Source: Octopus sinensis (taxonomy: Eukaryota). Taken from it: a stretch of 64,000 nt of DNA. The notes below the pieces were generated by a model. That model worked only from the letters and a program-made list of their open reading frames with translations, searched no databases and was not told the origin of the DNA. This document shows, piece by piece, positions 1 through 13,147 of this stretch. A program made the translations under genes and the position numbers. Where the stretch lies: assembly GCF_006345805.1 (NCBI RefSeq), contig NC_043022.1, positions 20,646,001 to 20,710,000 of the forward strand. Reading direction: 5' to 3'. Each line of letters opens with the position of its first letter. Within the stretch, counting starts at the first letter, position 1.

Positions 1-893
1 AAAGGTTTTAACCCTCTTGGGACACCCAGGCCAATTGATCAGCCCAAGTGATACAACCGGGGTCAATGTATTCGACTTAATCCTTTTGTCTGTCCTTGTT
101 TGTCCCATCTATGTTTAACCCCTTGTGGGCAATAAAGAAATAAGAAATGTTTTTAAACTGAAACCGTTTTTCCCCATAGAGAATTTAAGAGAAGTCACAA
201 TGAATTCAAGCAACAAGTGAAAGCTAGACATCAGTGAAACCTTGGGGTCGATATAAACAACTAGTCCCCTCCCACAAATTTCAGACCTTGTGCTTTTGGT
301 AGAAAGGATTATGAAAGTGTACGACCAGTGGTGCATATGGTGGTTCTATGAAATTTGCAATAAAGCACCTGCGGTAGATGGAGTTGTTAACATTTTAATA
401 TTCATTCGGGTAAAAACATACTCTGTATTGCCTTAACTAACCTGCTTAAATATCTGTAGAAACACCTGCTGGATAACCTGTGAAAATGCTAACTCTGACA
501 GACCTAGCATATTAGAGTATGCACACACAGACACACACACACACGCACATAGGCACACATACACCCACCTAACTGACATATTGCATACTACCTTGGACAA
601 GAGACAGTCCTGATAGACAGCTACTCTGGACACTGAGGAGCCTTTTTTATTCATATTAAGACACATCATCTGCTTTCCCTCTCGCACCCTTCTTGGTCCT
701 CATACACAAACCAATGGACCCAACCTCAACACTGACTCACACACACAAACACACACAAATAAGTTCAATTCCTTTGGCTTTCAGTGTTGCTTCGAGTTGG
801 TCCTTGTATCTTCAAAGAGTACTATGCATGTACAGACACACATACATATACAACATGATGCTTACATGATACCTCATACTTTTATTTTTTCAG

Positions 894-952
894 GCTTCTT
901 CATATATTTTGGCTATGGTTTCCGAAAGAGCAAGCTTGCTGAGCAGAAGTGA
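894..952 (+). CDS. Terminal coding exon of an upstream SLC7 cationic amino acid transporter paralog
   Basis: Polypyrimidine tract and acceptor (ttttattttttcag, 891-893), then (G)FFIYFGYGFRKSKLAEQK* with TGA at 950-952. This matches the C-terminal 'G.xIYFxYGxxxS' motif of CAT/SLC7A1-4 proteins. AATAAA at 1022-1027. Not in the ORF track. Confidence 0.7.
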
Positions 953-1254
953 AAACATACAATCCACATCATTAAGACAATGAAGCCACAAGATAACATA
1001 TGGTTAATTCAAAACAACGAGAATAAACAAGTGTTATGCATGATCATTGAAACATAGATCTAGCGAGTGAAATGGTGACCATAACAACCACAACCATAAA
1101 CAACATTTAAAAATTGACCAATGAAAATAGTAGCCATACACAGAAAATAGTCTTACTCAAATTTATATGAAACTAGCTTGAAATACCAAAAGGAAACTAC
1201 ACCTGATGATGAAACATGAGAATAAGAATTCAGTTTTATTAAATAATGTGTATA

Positions 1255-1457
1255 TACTCTTTACTCTTTTACTTGTTTTCAGTCATTTGACTGTGGCCAT
1301 GCCGGAGCACCGCCTTTAGTCGAGTAAATCGACCCCGGGACTTATTCTTTGTAAGCCCAGTACTTATTCTATCAGTCTCTTTTGCCGAACCGCTAAGTGA
1401 CGGGGACGTAAACACACCAGCATCAGTTGTCAAGCAATGCTAAGGGGACAAACACAA

Positions 1458-1492
<35 letters not shown>

Positions 1493-1664
1493 CATATATA
1501 CAACAGGCTTCTTTCAGTTTCCGTCTACCAAATCCACTCACAAGGCATTGGTCGGCCTGGGGCTATAGCAGAAGACACTTGCCCAAGATGCCACGCAGTG
1601 GGACTGAACCCGGAACCATGTGGTTAGTTAGCAAGCTACTTACCACACAACCACTCCTGTGCCT
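1255..1664 (-). mobile_element. tRNA-derived SINE, family A (full-length)
   Basis: Minus strand reads a tRNA-like head (A box GTGGTTGTGTGG, B box GGTTCAGTCCC), a body with an internal CA/TA microsatellite and a (GTAAAAGA)n-type tail. Many copies occur in the window. Confidence 0.85.
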
Positions 1665-1811
1665 ATATATATGAAAGAAGATATATGAAATAGATGTGTG
1701 TGTATGTGTGTGTGTGTGTTTGTGTGCGCGTGAGTGCTTGCGTGTGTGTATGTGAGAGAGAAGAAGAGAGACAGCATAGCGAAAGTTTTGGCTGACTGTC
1801 ATCCTGTACTA

Positions 1812-1861
<50 letters not shown>

Positions 1862-1885
1862 ATATATAATATATATAATATATAT

Positions 1886-1945
<60 letters not shown>

Positions 1946-3027
1946 ATATATAATATATATATATATAATATATATATAATATATATATATATTTATCTAT
2001 AATATAAATTGGACATGGGCGATCGTTGTATTCTTTTTTGTCTTGAGGTTCACAGCCAAAAGGCTGGGTGGATTCGTGTGAAAAATGGCACACATATGCA
2101 GATGGGTGCATACATTGGAATGTGGTTTGTATTTTTTTCATAGCCCCCATACTTACCGAGAAAATCGATTGAAACTTTTTCTAATGGAATTCTCCTGTTT
2201 GCTCCACCATTAAGTATATGCTCACACAGCCAGCATATACCACTTCGCTAGCAACAAGGCGAGTACAGGATGAGAGTCAACCAAATCTTTCGCTATGCTG
2301 TCTCTCTTCTTCTCTCTCACATACACACGCGCAAGCATGCACACACACACACATGCACATACACACACATCTATTTCATATATCTTCTTTCAATTTCTGC
2401 TATCTGCAAATGAAATTTTTACGGATACAACTGCATACAAAAATAGGGATTAATGTATAATTTCTTTCTATGTTCATAATTAAATCAATGTTTTAATGAT
2501 TAGACAGAGGTCCAATAGAATAGCTCTCAGAAACAGACTACTCTGTCAGCCCTTTCACACTTCATTCATTCCACTCTTAATTCTTTTGTTCCCCCTCTCT
2601 CACACTTCCTGGCCTTCATGCTTACTTTCCCTCCTCTTTCACTTCACCCTGTCCCTTCCATTTTTTCTCACCTTTCCTTAATTCTTCTATCCCTCTGCCT
2701 CTACCTCTCTCTCTTCTCTCCCCATGTGAAGAGTGTTCGGCCAAGCCTGATCTTTCTTTCTTGGTTCAACTACCATCCATGTAACATCTATATTCCTCCC
2801 TGTGCCTGTCAAATCTTATGCCCCTGCTATAAGGCTTAACTTCCACACACGCCAGCTTAATTTCATTCGTCCTTAGTCGAAAGACACCCGTTGTTAATGT
2901 CTTGTTATTTGTATTTGTGTACCATATTTCCCATCCTTGTTTTCGTATACATTTGCTGCTTTCTTCCAAGGAATCTAAGATATATATATATATATATACA
3001 TACACATACACACACTCATATACACAT

Positions 3028-3079
<52 letters not shown>

Positions 3080-4306
3080 TATATATATAATACATACACA
3101 CATATGTCTGTATATACATATATTCGGATCTTTTCAGTTTGAAGGCCAGATTTTCCTAGTTAACTAAACAATTTGAAACTTCGTATACTGGTAGAATGGG
3201 TCAAAAGAAAACATAATTATAAACCAAAATGAAAACGGTTTGTAATTTCTAAGTTTAACGTGTTAATAATTCGAATTTTAACCAATGGTTCTTTTTTTCG
3301 ACCTCATATTATTTACTGCCTCTCAAAATATTGTTACTGTGACTAAACAGCTATTTTGTGACGTAGTTAACGTAAACATGTAACAGACCTACTACAGATT
3401 CGTTTGTAACGTAAACATCCGCTTATCGTAAATAGCTAAATTCGCTTGGCATCGTACAAAGCTTTTTCAGTTCCCTAGAATTATATTTGAAAGAAAATAA
3501 AAAGAAAAAGATTCATACGCATAAATATCCATCCTTAGACATCAGAAAATGAGTGTTTAAATTATTTTCCATTGTTTGCATTGCTTACACACACACACAC
3601 ACACATACATACACACATACTAAAATTACATCGTTGGAGCAGTAATTTATTTATGTATTTTTTGTTATACAATTTATTTTAAAGCTGAATCCCTATCCTG
3701 CCATTAACCCCTTTCTTATAAAATAGTTGAAGAATCTGGGGTGTAGGTATTGGGCCAGTATTGGAACTTTTAACTTCTTGCTCTCTATCTTATGATCTCC
3801 GAAATTTAAGAATCTTGTGTAACTGGGCTCTTATTATTTACTCTGACTCTGCCACCACCTCAATGCAAAGACTATCAATATCAGAATCATCTTCACAACC
3901 ACCACTACAACCATTACTACAACCTCCAACCTACCACCACCAACATCTTCTGCAACCACAACCCCAAGATCAAAATACCAGCATCATATTCAAAATCACT
4001 AATTTCACCACCACTCCACTCTGCAATGTCTTCAACACTACCATCCATGAGATATCCTAACATAATCAATGCTACTACTACTATCATCATCATTATCATT
4101 TCATCCACTGCCGCCGCCGCCACCACCACCTCTACAAAAACATCAACACTATAATTGCTGCCATCATACACATCCACTGTCACCACTACACACACCACCA
4201 CTGCCATGATAACCACATCTACCACCTCCAACACCATTGCCACCACTATCTATGAGACATCCTAAGTTAGATACTACTTTCACTTTCTAGTTGCTCTTTG
4301 AGTTTA

Positions 4307-4693
4307 TCTTTATATATAAAAGAGAGGTTGTGTGTCTGTCTCCTACGATTTAGATTCCTAACTACTCCCACATTTTGCGGTGCAGTTTAACCAAAACCGG
4401 GTATCTTATAATCGTGATTCATATCGAGCCCTTCTTGGTATTAGCGCGCGTCTACGATGAGTCTACGATTTAAAAAAAAATTTACCATCATTTTTTTCCA
4501 TTTTAATGCATTTTTTTGGCTATTATATAAGGGAAGTAACTCTCTAAAAATGTCTACGATGAGTCAACGATTTAAAAAAAAATTACCATCATTTTTTTCC
4601 ATTTTTAATGCATTTTTTTGGCTATAACTCTCTAAAAATGCTTATATAGTTATTTCCCTTACAAACCCGAGCAACGCCGGGCGATACTGCTAG
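4307..4693 (+). mobile_element. Non-autonomous Helitron
   Basis: Starts a|TC and ends CTAG|t, with hairpin CCCGAGCAACGCCGGG about 8 nt before CTAG. No TSD. Internal ~100-bp tandem duplication. Confidence 0.85.
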
Positions 4694-5797
4694 TTATATC
4701 TAATCTATCTCTCTAAAAGATGCAAAGCAAGTAGCATTAAATGGTGAATGGATGTGAGCAGAAAGAGAGTAAGTTCCATTCCAGTTTACAACAATTATAG
4801 AATTATTCTCAAACCATAAATGAAGGGTGGAGAGGAGTGAAGGAGGAGTCATGTTTCCTCTGAGAGGTTACAGAAGTAATAAGCACTGAAAAGTGGAGAT
4901 TGCGTTATTATTTTTGTTTCATAGTTTACAATTATTTCTACAAATTCATTTTGACTTATCTTCAATCATGTTTATAAACGTGACCGCTGTGCCGTCCACT
5001 ATAAACATTGATTAATGTCCTATATTTAAGCGGTAGACAAACACTTCAGCATATTATTTTTTGTAGAGAGTTGCGAGGGATCATTTCTATGACAACGGAT
5101 ATGACTACATCATTAATTGTGGAGTCGTTTAAAAACACAATGCAAGATTAAGTCAACATGGAATTTTTGAAACAATCATAAATTGTTCTATATTTTAGAG
5201 ATGAGGAATTCTGTACAATATTTACATTTTTTACATTGGACGGATATTTGTCCTCATCTTGTTTGTTGCTACCACAAAATTTGGCTGATTACTCTCCAGC
5301 CTCATCAGGTGTCCTGGTAGAATTTTGAATCCAACCCTAGGTTCTAAGGTGCCACGCAGTGTGAATGAACCCGAAACTATGTGGCTGGTATGGCCTGTCA
5401 GGGAGTCACCATTGTTTTGCGCGCCTTTTACGTTCTTAGCAGTGGGAGACGTCTATATTGCTAAGAGTATAAAAAGTGTGAAACCAATGGTAACGTCCTG
5501 ACTGGTCGTAAACCACAACTACATTAGATATTACTACGATATATCTAAAAAACATTTACTTGTCTCAGTCATTCGACATATTCTATCGGTTATTTTCGTC
5601 GAACTTCTAAGTTGCGGGGATGGAAAGGAAGTCAACAAGCGGTTGTCTGGGACAAGCACGAAGCTAGCCCCCTCCGGCCCACAACACGTATATACGACGG
5701 GCTTTTTTCAGTTTCCATCGTCCAAATCTATTTGACCTAGTGACCAGGCAGCAAACTTCTTGTCACACAGTCACTCCTACGCCTATATATATAATAT

Positions 5798-5840
<43 letters not shown>

Positions 5841-5842
<2 letters not shown>

Positions 5843-6687
5843 CAATAATAATTCTCTAAACGAGATATAAACTAACTGCTCCATAACATAAGGGACATCA
5901 GCCATCTGAATGTGGCTAGGGACAGGGCAGGGCGGTGGGGTGTTACTGATGCATTTAGCCCTAGGCGATCATCAACGTACCAGGAGGGCTGACACCATCA
6001 CGTGTCCTCTAGCCTGCAAGGGAGATCATTCCCCGAAGAAGCGGATGCCACATAGGGACCTAGGTTTCAAGGTATTTGCCTATTATCAACGCATGGCAGG
6101 CACCGCTCCTCGACGAATAACTCTCTGTGCAGGCTATATTTAAAGATTTTCACAGTAAATACATGTGGCATCCGCTTCTTCGGGGAATGATCTCCCTTTG
6201 CAGGCTAGAGGACACCGTGATGGTGTTAGCCCTCCTGGTGACGTTGATGATCGCCTGGGGCTAAATGCATCAGTAACACCCCCACCGCCCTGCCCTGTCC
6301 CTAGCCACATTCAGATGGCTGATGTCCCTTATGTTATGGAGCAGTTACTGTTTATATCTCGTTTAGAGAATTATTATTGCTTTTGAACGGATTTTCTACA
6401 TCAGTAAATGTATTTACTGTGAAAATCTTTAAATATAGCCTGCACAGAGTTATTCGTCGAGGAGCGGTGCCTGCCATGCGTTGATAATAGGCAAATACCT
6501 TGAAACCTAGGTCCGTATGTGGTATCCGCTTCTTCGGGGAATGATCTCCCTTTGCAGGCTAGAGGACACCGTGATGGTGTCAGCCCTCCTGGTGACGTTG
6601 ATGATCGCCTGGGGCTAAATGCATCAGTAACACCCCCACCGCCCTGCCCTGTCCCTAGCCACATTCAGATGGCTGATGTCCCTTATG

Positions 6688-6690
<3 letters not shown>
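5841..6690. mobile_element. Penelope-like element remnant with inverted and tandem pseudo-LTRs
   Basis: Unit 5841-6164 is followed by a partial inverted copy (6162-6381), a 26-bp spacer and a longer inverted copy (6408-6690). It carries a hammerhead-like motif and is flanked by (TA)n. Confidence 0.7.
6476..6518 (+). ncRNA. Degenerate minimal hammerhead ribozyme motif (PLE type)
   Basis: atgcg-TTGATAA-taggcaaatacctt-GAAA-cctag-GTC-cgtat: 5-bp stem I, AGG/CCT stem II, palindromic ACCTAGGT stem III. The core has two deviations from CUGAUGA. Inverted copy at ~6052-6094. Confidence 0.55.
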
Positions 6691-6734
<44 letters not shown>

Positions 6735-7389
6735 CACGTCCCCGTAGCTTAGCGTTTTGGAAAAAGAAACCGATAGAATAAGTGCTAGGGTTCCAAAGAG
6801 TAAGTCCTGGGGTCGATTTCTATAACTAAAAAACCTTCAAACTCTGCTTGTTGTTCTTTTACCTGTCTTCGTCGTTTGTTTTCTGTAAATTTTAACTACA
6901 CACACACACACGCGCGCGCACACTCACACACACACACGCACACATACACACATACACACACATATATATATATATAGGTAAAAGATTAATGAGTGCGTGC
7001 GTTACATAAATAATATCTTCAGGATTAAATAAAAAGACAACAAACGGAAAATATGACATATCTATATATATATAATTAAAAATAAACGTATTGTAAATAA
7101 ACAAACGAACACATACTAAATGCACAGGCGAACAGAAAACACACAAGGTCACAAATTCTTCATCAGTTATCAGCAAGAGGAGTCAAACGCAATTTCGAGC
7201 ATTATCGATAATATTGTTTCTTTCGCTGTTCGCAAAAAAGTTCGTATTCCATATTTTCGTATTTCGTATTTCCTGTTGTTTACCTTCTGTGACGTCCTGT
7301 ACCCATATATGCATATGTATATACATATATATGTAAGTATATACATACACACATACATACATACATACATACATACATACATACATACA

Positions 7390-7454
<65 letters not shown>

Positions 7455-7680
7455 CATTATCTATAAACATTACAATTGTTTCGACACATTTTTACACTTG
7501 TTCATTGGTGAGATGTTGTGTAATCATTATCACCAATTCAAGGTGTGAAATGCACCTTCTTTGAGTAAGACTTTATACGAGCTTTATATAGCATACCACA
7601 AGGGTTTTACCCGTATATTTACTCGCGTATGTGTGTATATGTATAAAAGCGGAGCAAAAGTACACACGAAGACAGAAAGT

Positions 7681-7723
7681 GTCGCTGAAGAGTTCACAGA
7701 GGTGTGACGAAAGATTTCCGGAC
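7681..7723 (+). ncRNA. Minimal hammerhead ribozyme motif
   Basis: gtcg-CTGAAGA-gttcacagaggtgtgac-GAAA-gatt-TC-cggac. Intact core, stem II TCACA/TGTGA, imperfect stems I and III. Confidence 0.5.
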
Positions 7724-7977
7724 GATAAACATAAATTAGAATAAGAACAGTAATAAATGAGTGAAAAGGGATTATATAGTGCGCCTGTTTATTTGGCAAA
7801 AAGAGGAAAAAAATAACTATCTCGAAATACACAATATCTGTTTCAACGCACGGTTTTACAATCAAGAATCTTGCAGCACACATATATAAAAGGATATATT
7901 TACAGAAAACAACAAAAGACGAAGACAGGTGCAGGAATAACAAGCAGGTGCATTAGTTTGACTGAATATATATAGAG

Positions 7978-8078
7978 AATACCAAACGAGTTCCCTATGG
8001 ATACCGTATTTATTACAACGAGTGGCTTGTAAACGAGTTGTAATAAATACGGTATCCATAGGGAATGAGTTTGGTATT
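7978..8078. repeat. Palindromic MITE-like hairpin
   Basis: TTCCCTATGGATACCGTATTTATTACAAC and its exact reverse complement are separated by a 17-nt loop, with further pairing outside. Confidence 0.75.
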
Positions 8079-8174
8079 TTATTTATTACACACGAATAAA
8101 CGACCATATTTTATTAACCCAATAACTAAATTCTTCACGTTTAGTTGTAACTTATGAATGACAAAAGTAGTACC

Positions 8175-8276
8175 GTCACCGTGACGTCGGGTCATCACCA
8201 TGGATTGACCAATCAGAAGCAGCAATGTCACCGTGACCTCGGGTCATCACCATGGATTGACCAATCAGAAGCAGCG
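8175..8276. repeat. Two tandem 51-bp units containing CCAATCAG
   Basis: gtcaccgtgac[g/c]tcgggtcatcaccatggattgaccaatcagaagcagc occurs twice. Confidence 0.8.
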
Positions 8277-8350
8277 CTCGCAGTATCTGACATATGTTAG
8301 ATACCAAAAATATCTCAAAGTGTTCTCACTCACATGTGTGTAATAAATAA

Positions 8351-8392
<42 letters not shown>

Positions 8393-8399
<7 letters not shown>

Positions 8400-8892
8400 G
8401 AGACAAAACCACTATTATGCAAATCAAACAAAGAAAGACTTAATCCAATACATAAAATTTTTTATATAAATTAAATATAATTAAGATATCCACTTATATA
8501 CATACATGGATATATGTGCATGAGCATGTGTGTATATATATTTTTTATTTTTTGTTTTTTGAAATTAGCGATTTCATCTTTAAATATGAGAATTTAAATA
8601 TACTAGGTTTAATTATATACAATCGTTTATAGAGGTTATTGTATATAGAGGTTGATTATATATATTTTCATTGATAATTTTATATTTTATATATATTAGT
8701 CATTTCGAATTTATATCTTAAAAATATTGATTATATTTTAGGTCTTGAAACCACCTGATGAATGTCAATAGAAGTGACAAGAAACGATCGTAGTAGATAT
8801 CTTAATTATATTTAATTTATCTAAAAATTTTTATGTATTGGATTAAGTCTTTCTTTGTTTGATTTGCATAATAGTGGTTTTGTCTCTAATTA
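8393..8892. mobile_element. Penelope-like remnant with ~95-bp inverted arms
   Basis: 8393-8490 is the reverse complement of ~8796-8892. A hammerhead sits immediately before the right arm. Confidence 0.7.
8752..8795 (+). ncRNA. Minimal hammerhead ribozyme (PLE type)
   Basis: cac-CTGATGA-atgtcaatagaagtgacaa-GAAA-cgatc-GTA-gta. Canonical core, TGTCA/TGACA stem II, palindromic ACGATCGT stem III. Confidence 0.7.
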
Positions 8893-8975
8893 ATATTATA
8901 TTATATTTTACTATAAAATTGGATTCAATCCTAAATCTGATTTTTCCCTGTAAATTTGGATTTATTCCCTAATAT

Positions 8976-9028
<53 letters not shown>

Positions 9029-9052
9029 CTATATATATATATATTATATATA

Positions 9053-9087
<35 letters not shown>

Positions 9088-9130
9088 TGTATATATATGT
9101 GTATGTATATATATAATATATATATATATA

Positions 9131-9526
9131 TCTTTATATATAAAAGTGAAGTTGTGTGTCTGTCTCCTACGATTTAGATTCCTAACTACTCCCTCATTTT
9201 GCGGTGCAGTGTAACCAAAAGCGGGTATCTTATAGTTGTGATTCATATCGAGCCCTTCTGGGTATTAGCGCACGTCTACGATGAGTTTACGATTAAAAAA
9301 AAAATTACCATAATTTTTTCCGCATTTTTAGTGCATTTTCGCTCGGTTTATATAAGGGAAGTAGCTCTCTAAAATGTATTATTAAATCTCAGAATGTAAA
9401 AAGCTACTGTAACACCCCCCCCTTTGTGGTTAGCCATATTGAGATGGCTATTATACTTTACATCTCTAAAAATGCTTATATAGTTATTTCCCTTACAAAC
9501 CCGAGCAACGCCGGGCGACACTGTTA

Positions 9527-9527
<1 letters not shown>
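9131..9527 (+). mobile_element. Non-autonomous Helitron (same family as 4307-4693)
   Basis: a|TC start, shared body, same terminal hairpin, ends TTAG|t. Confidence 0.85.
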
Positions 9528-9582
<55 letters not shown>

Positions 9583-10273
9583 TCTTTTATTCTTTTATTT
9601 GTTACAGTCATTTGACTTTGGCCATGCTGGAGCACTGCCTTTAGTCGAGCAAATCGACTCTAGGGATTATTCTTTGTAAGCCTAGTACTTATTCTATCGA
9701 TCTGTTTTTGCCACACACACACACATACATACACACACACACATACATATATACACATACGCACACACACTCACACACGTATACACACACACATCTTGTT
9801 GCTTCTTGGGAGGGTCATTATGCCAATAACGATATGGTTACACATCTGACCAACTTCGTAATCGATCGTTTGTTTAACGTGCTGGTTAAACAATCAAGGT
9901 TTTATTTCTTCGTGAATGTCCGTTCGTCGCTATTTTTCGCGACCTTTTCAATAGCTTGTCCTTTCTCTTCAACGTCTGCCCTGAATTTGGCCGCGAATTA
10001 ATCTTATGTCTGCGTGCATGCATGCCTTTCTATGTGTGTGTAGATGTGTGTTTGCTTAGAAGAATAAGGGTGAGAGGAAAGGAGATTATGTGCGTGCGTG
10101 CGAGTGTGTATGTGTGTGTGTGTGTGTGCGTGCGTATGTGTGTGGTTGTGTGTACACTCGTGTGACTACTTGCATGTGTATGTGTACGTGTGTGTTAGTG
10201 TGTGTAGCCATCTATGACTAGGTATGTGTATGTATAACTGTGTCTATATACGCACATAGATTTATATGCAAGA

Positions 10274-10504
10274 GGCGGCGAGCTGGCAGAAGCGTTAGCA
10301 CGCCGGGCGAAATGCTTAGCAGTATTTCGTCTGCCGCTACGTTCTGAGTTCAAATTCCGCCGAGGTCGACTTTGCCTTTCATCCTCTCGGGGTCGATAAA
10401 TAAAGTACCAGTTTCGCACTGGGTCGATGTAATCGACTTAATCCATTTGTCTGTCCTTGTTTGTCCCCTCTATGTTTAGCCCCTTGTGGGCAGCAAAAGA
10501 AATA
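10274..10504 (+). mobile_element. tRNA-derived SINE, family B (full-length monomer)
   Basis: GGCGGCGAGCTGGCAGAA head, B box GAGTTCAAATTCC, central GCCTTTCATCCT..GGGGTCGATAAA domain, tail AAAGAAATA. Further copies at ~57-146 (+), 44868-45040 (+) and 51602-51823 (-). Confidence 0.8.
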
Positions 10505-10764
10505 TATATCATGTATATATGTGAATAGAAGCAGGCGTGACTGTGTTGTAAGCCGTTCCGGGTTCAGTCCAGCTGCGTGGCACTTTGAACGGGTGTTTCT
10601 ACTATAGCCCTGAGTCGACTAAACCCTTGTGAGTAGATGTGGTTGACGGAATCTGAAAAAGCTCATCATATATGTGTTTATCAATATTTAGCAGAAGCAA
10701 CAGAGTGACTCGAGGGGCGAGAGTTTCGTTCATTGACACTTGTCAAACTACACACAGACACACA

Positions 10765-10826
<62 letters not shown>

Positions 10827-11194
10827 TATGCATGAGTGGCTGTGTGGTAAGTAGCCTGCTTACCAACCACATGGTTCTGGGTTCAGCCCCATTGCGTGAC
10901 GCCTTGGTCTTCTACTAGAGCCTCAGGCCAACCAAAGCCTTGTGAGTGAATTTGGTAGACGGAAACTGTGTGTGTGTTTGTGTTTGTCCCCCCGATGGTG
11001 GCATGTATATACATAATATTATTGTTCTTTCTTGCGAAATATATAGAATTACTTTAAAGAAGTGTTCGGGTCGAAACAAGTAAAAGAATAAAAGAAAGAA
11101 AAGAAAGAATATACATATATATATGTACATTTTAACTTTTATATACATATTTATATTTATTGCATATCTTTTACTTATTTATATTTATATATAA

Positions 11195-11588
11195 CTAGCA
11201 GTATCGCCCGGCGTTGCTCGGGTTTGTAAGGGAAATAATTATATAAGCATTTTTAGAGATGTAAAGTATAATAGCCATCTCAATATGGCTAACCACAAAG
11301 GGGGAGGGGTGTTACTGTAGCTTTTTACGTTCTGAGATTTAATAATAAATTTTAGAGAGTTACTTCCCTTATATATGTCAAAAATGGATTAAAAATGGGA
11401 AAAATTGATGGTAAATTTTTTTTTAATCGTAGACTCATCGTAGACGCGCGCTAATACCCAGACGGTCTGGATATGAATCACGACTATAAGATACCCGGTT
11501 TTGGTTAAACTGCACCACAAAATGTGGGAGTAGTTAGGAATCTAAATCGTAGGAGACAGACACACAACCTCACTTTTATATATAAAGA
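11195..11588 (-). mobile_element. Non-autonomous Helitron (same family)
   Basis: a|CTAG...CCCGGCGTTGCTCGGG at the left end and ...TATAAAGA|t at the right end. Confidence 0.85.
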
Positions 11589-11660
11589 TTTCCTCTATTT
11601 ACATAATATTGAGGTCTCTTTCTTTCTTTTGTTATCTTACTGTTTTTAACCAATATACAT

Positions 11661-11708
<48 letters not shown>

Positions 11709-11765
11709 CAGAGATGTACGTGCATAGCAAGTGACTTGATCTGAGATCGTGTGCTGGAACGAAAC

Positions 11766-12026
11766 AGTTGCAGCGTTGAAGGTGTTTATAAGCCATTTAA
11801 GAAACACACAAAAACCGTTAGATTCACTTCAACATTTAAATTTAATTTGTGAAAATATTTTCGTCGCTTGAGACCGCGACCTGTTAGCACGATATTTTTG
11901 TCAGTGAACAGGTCGCGGTCTGAAAGCGACGAAAATATTTTGGCAAATTAAATTTAAATGTTGAAGTGAATGTAACGGTTTTTTGTGTGTTTCTTAAATG
12001 GCTTACAAACACCTTCCACGCTGCAA
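11766..12026. repeat. Near-perfect ~120-bp inverted repeat with ~21-nt spacer (foldback/PLE-like)
   Basis: ttgcagcgttgaaggtgttt...gaccgcgacctgtt pairs with aacaggtcgcggtc...aaacaccttccacgctgcaa. Confidence 0.8.
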
Positions 12027-12374
12027 TATATATTACACACATATATATATATATGTATGTATGTTGTATGTGTGTATATGTTATGCATGTATGTGTGTGT
12101 GTGCGTGTCTGTGCTTGTGATTGTCCTCCACCACTGCTTGACAACGAATGTTGGTTTGTTTACATCCCTGTCACCTAGTGGTTTGACAAAGGAAACAGAT
12201 AGAATAAGTACAAGGCTTACAAAATAAAACTGAGTTGATTCATTAAACTACAATTCTTCAAGGCATTGCCCAGCATGGCCAGACCAATGGCTGGAAAAGC
12301 AGAAGAATAAAGAATACATTCTCTGCTTTGGTCATATGTTGAAGGCATGAGAAAGCTTGAGTTTACATGAGAAG

Positions 12375-12645
12375 GCCTAACAGACCTGGTAGAAACAGCA
12401 GCCAAATCTCCTCAAATCACACCTTACTGTCTTATGTATGTATATATATGAGCCAATGAGGGGGACCTCTACATGGTAGCTAGACCTGGTAGATAGCAGC
12501 CAAATTTCCCCCAATCACGCCGCCTTACTGTCTTATCTATGTATATATGTATGTATGAGCCTATGAGGGAGACCCCTACATGGCAGCTAGACATGGTAGA
12601 AATAGCAGCCAAATCTCCCTCATCACACACCTTACTGTCTTATCT
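12375..12645. repeat. Three diverged tandem copies of a SINE-like fragment
   Basis: agacctggtagaaa[c/t]agcagccaaatctcc..atcacaccttactgtcttat occurs three times. Related fragments lie at ~39205, ~39375 and ~40750. Confidence 0.6.
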
Positions 12646-13147
12646 TTCTGCTACTTGGATATAGGTGTTATATTCGTCGTAAAAAAACTTTCCTGTCACA
12701 CACTCACGCACACGCACACACACACACGCACCCTCACACACCACACACACGCCACACCCACACACACACCCACTCACACACACGCACGTTAGCTTACAAT
12801 TTTATTTATATATTTGCGTGTCATGTGGAAAAGAGGAAGTGGGAGGCAGAGTGAAAGAATCACTCACTACAGTAAGTCAATTACTTTCATTTTATTCGTT
12901 GCCCACTGTGTGTGTGCGTTTGCGTGTGCTGTAAACCAGACTAAGAAAGCATTTGACACACACACCAAATGTGAGTTTTCTGTAAATTTTGCTTAACTGG
13001 AGTTTAATTTTAAAAACTGACCTGGCATGACGCGATGCATTGTACTCTTAAAAATGCAAGGTAAATTGTAATTGAAGAAATCCTATATTGTAGATTTGTA
13101 TAACTCCCAAAGGGAGGCAGATAAAATCTGCCTTTTATAATAAGAGA

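Noticed and set aside
1198-1222. CTGATGA-T-GAAACATG hammerhead-like string
   Set aside because: No stem II and no NUH or stem I closure.
9790-10005. Short coding-looking minus-strand stretch (FAAKFRADVEEKGQAIEK...)
   Set aside because: In-frame stop just upstream, no convincing splice sites and no recognisable family.
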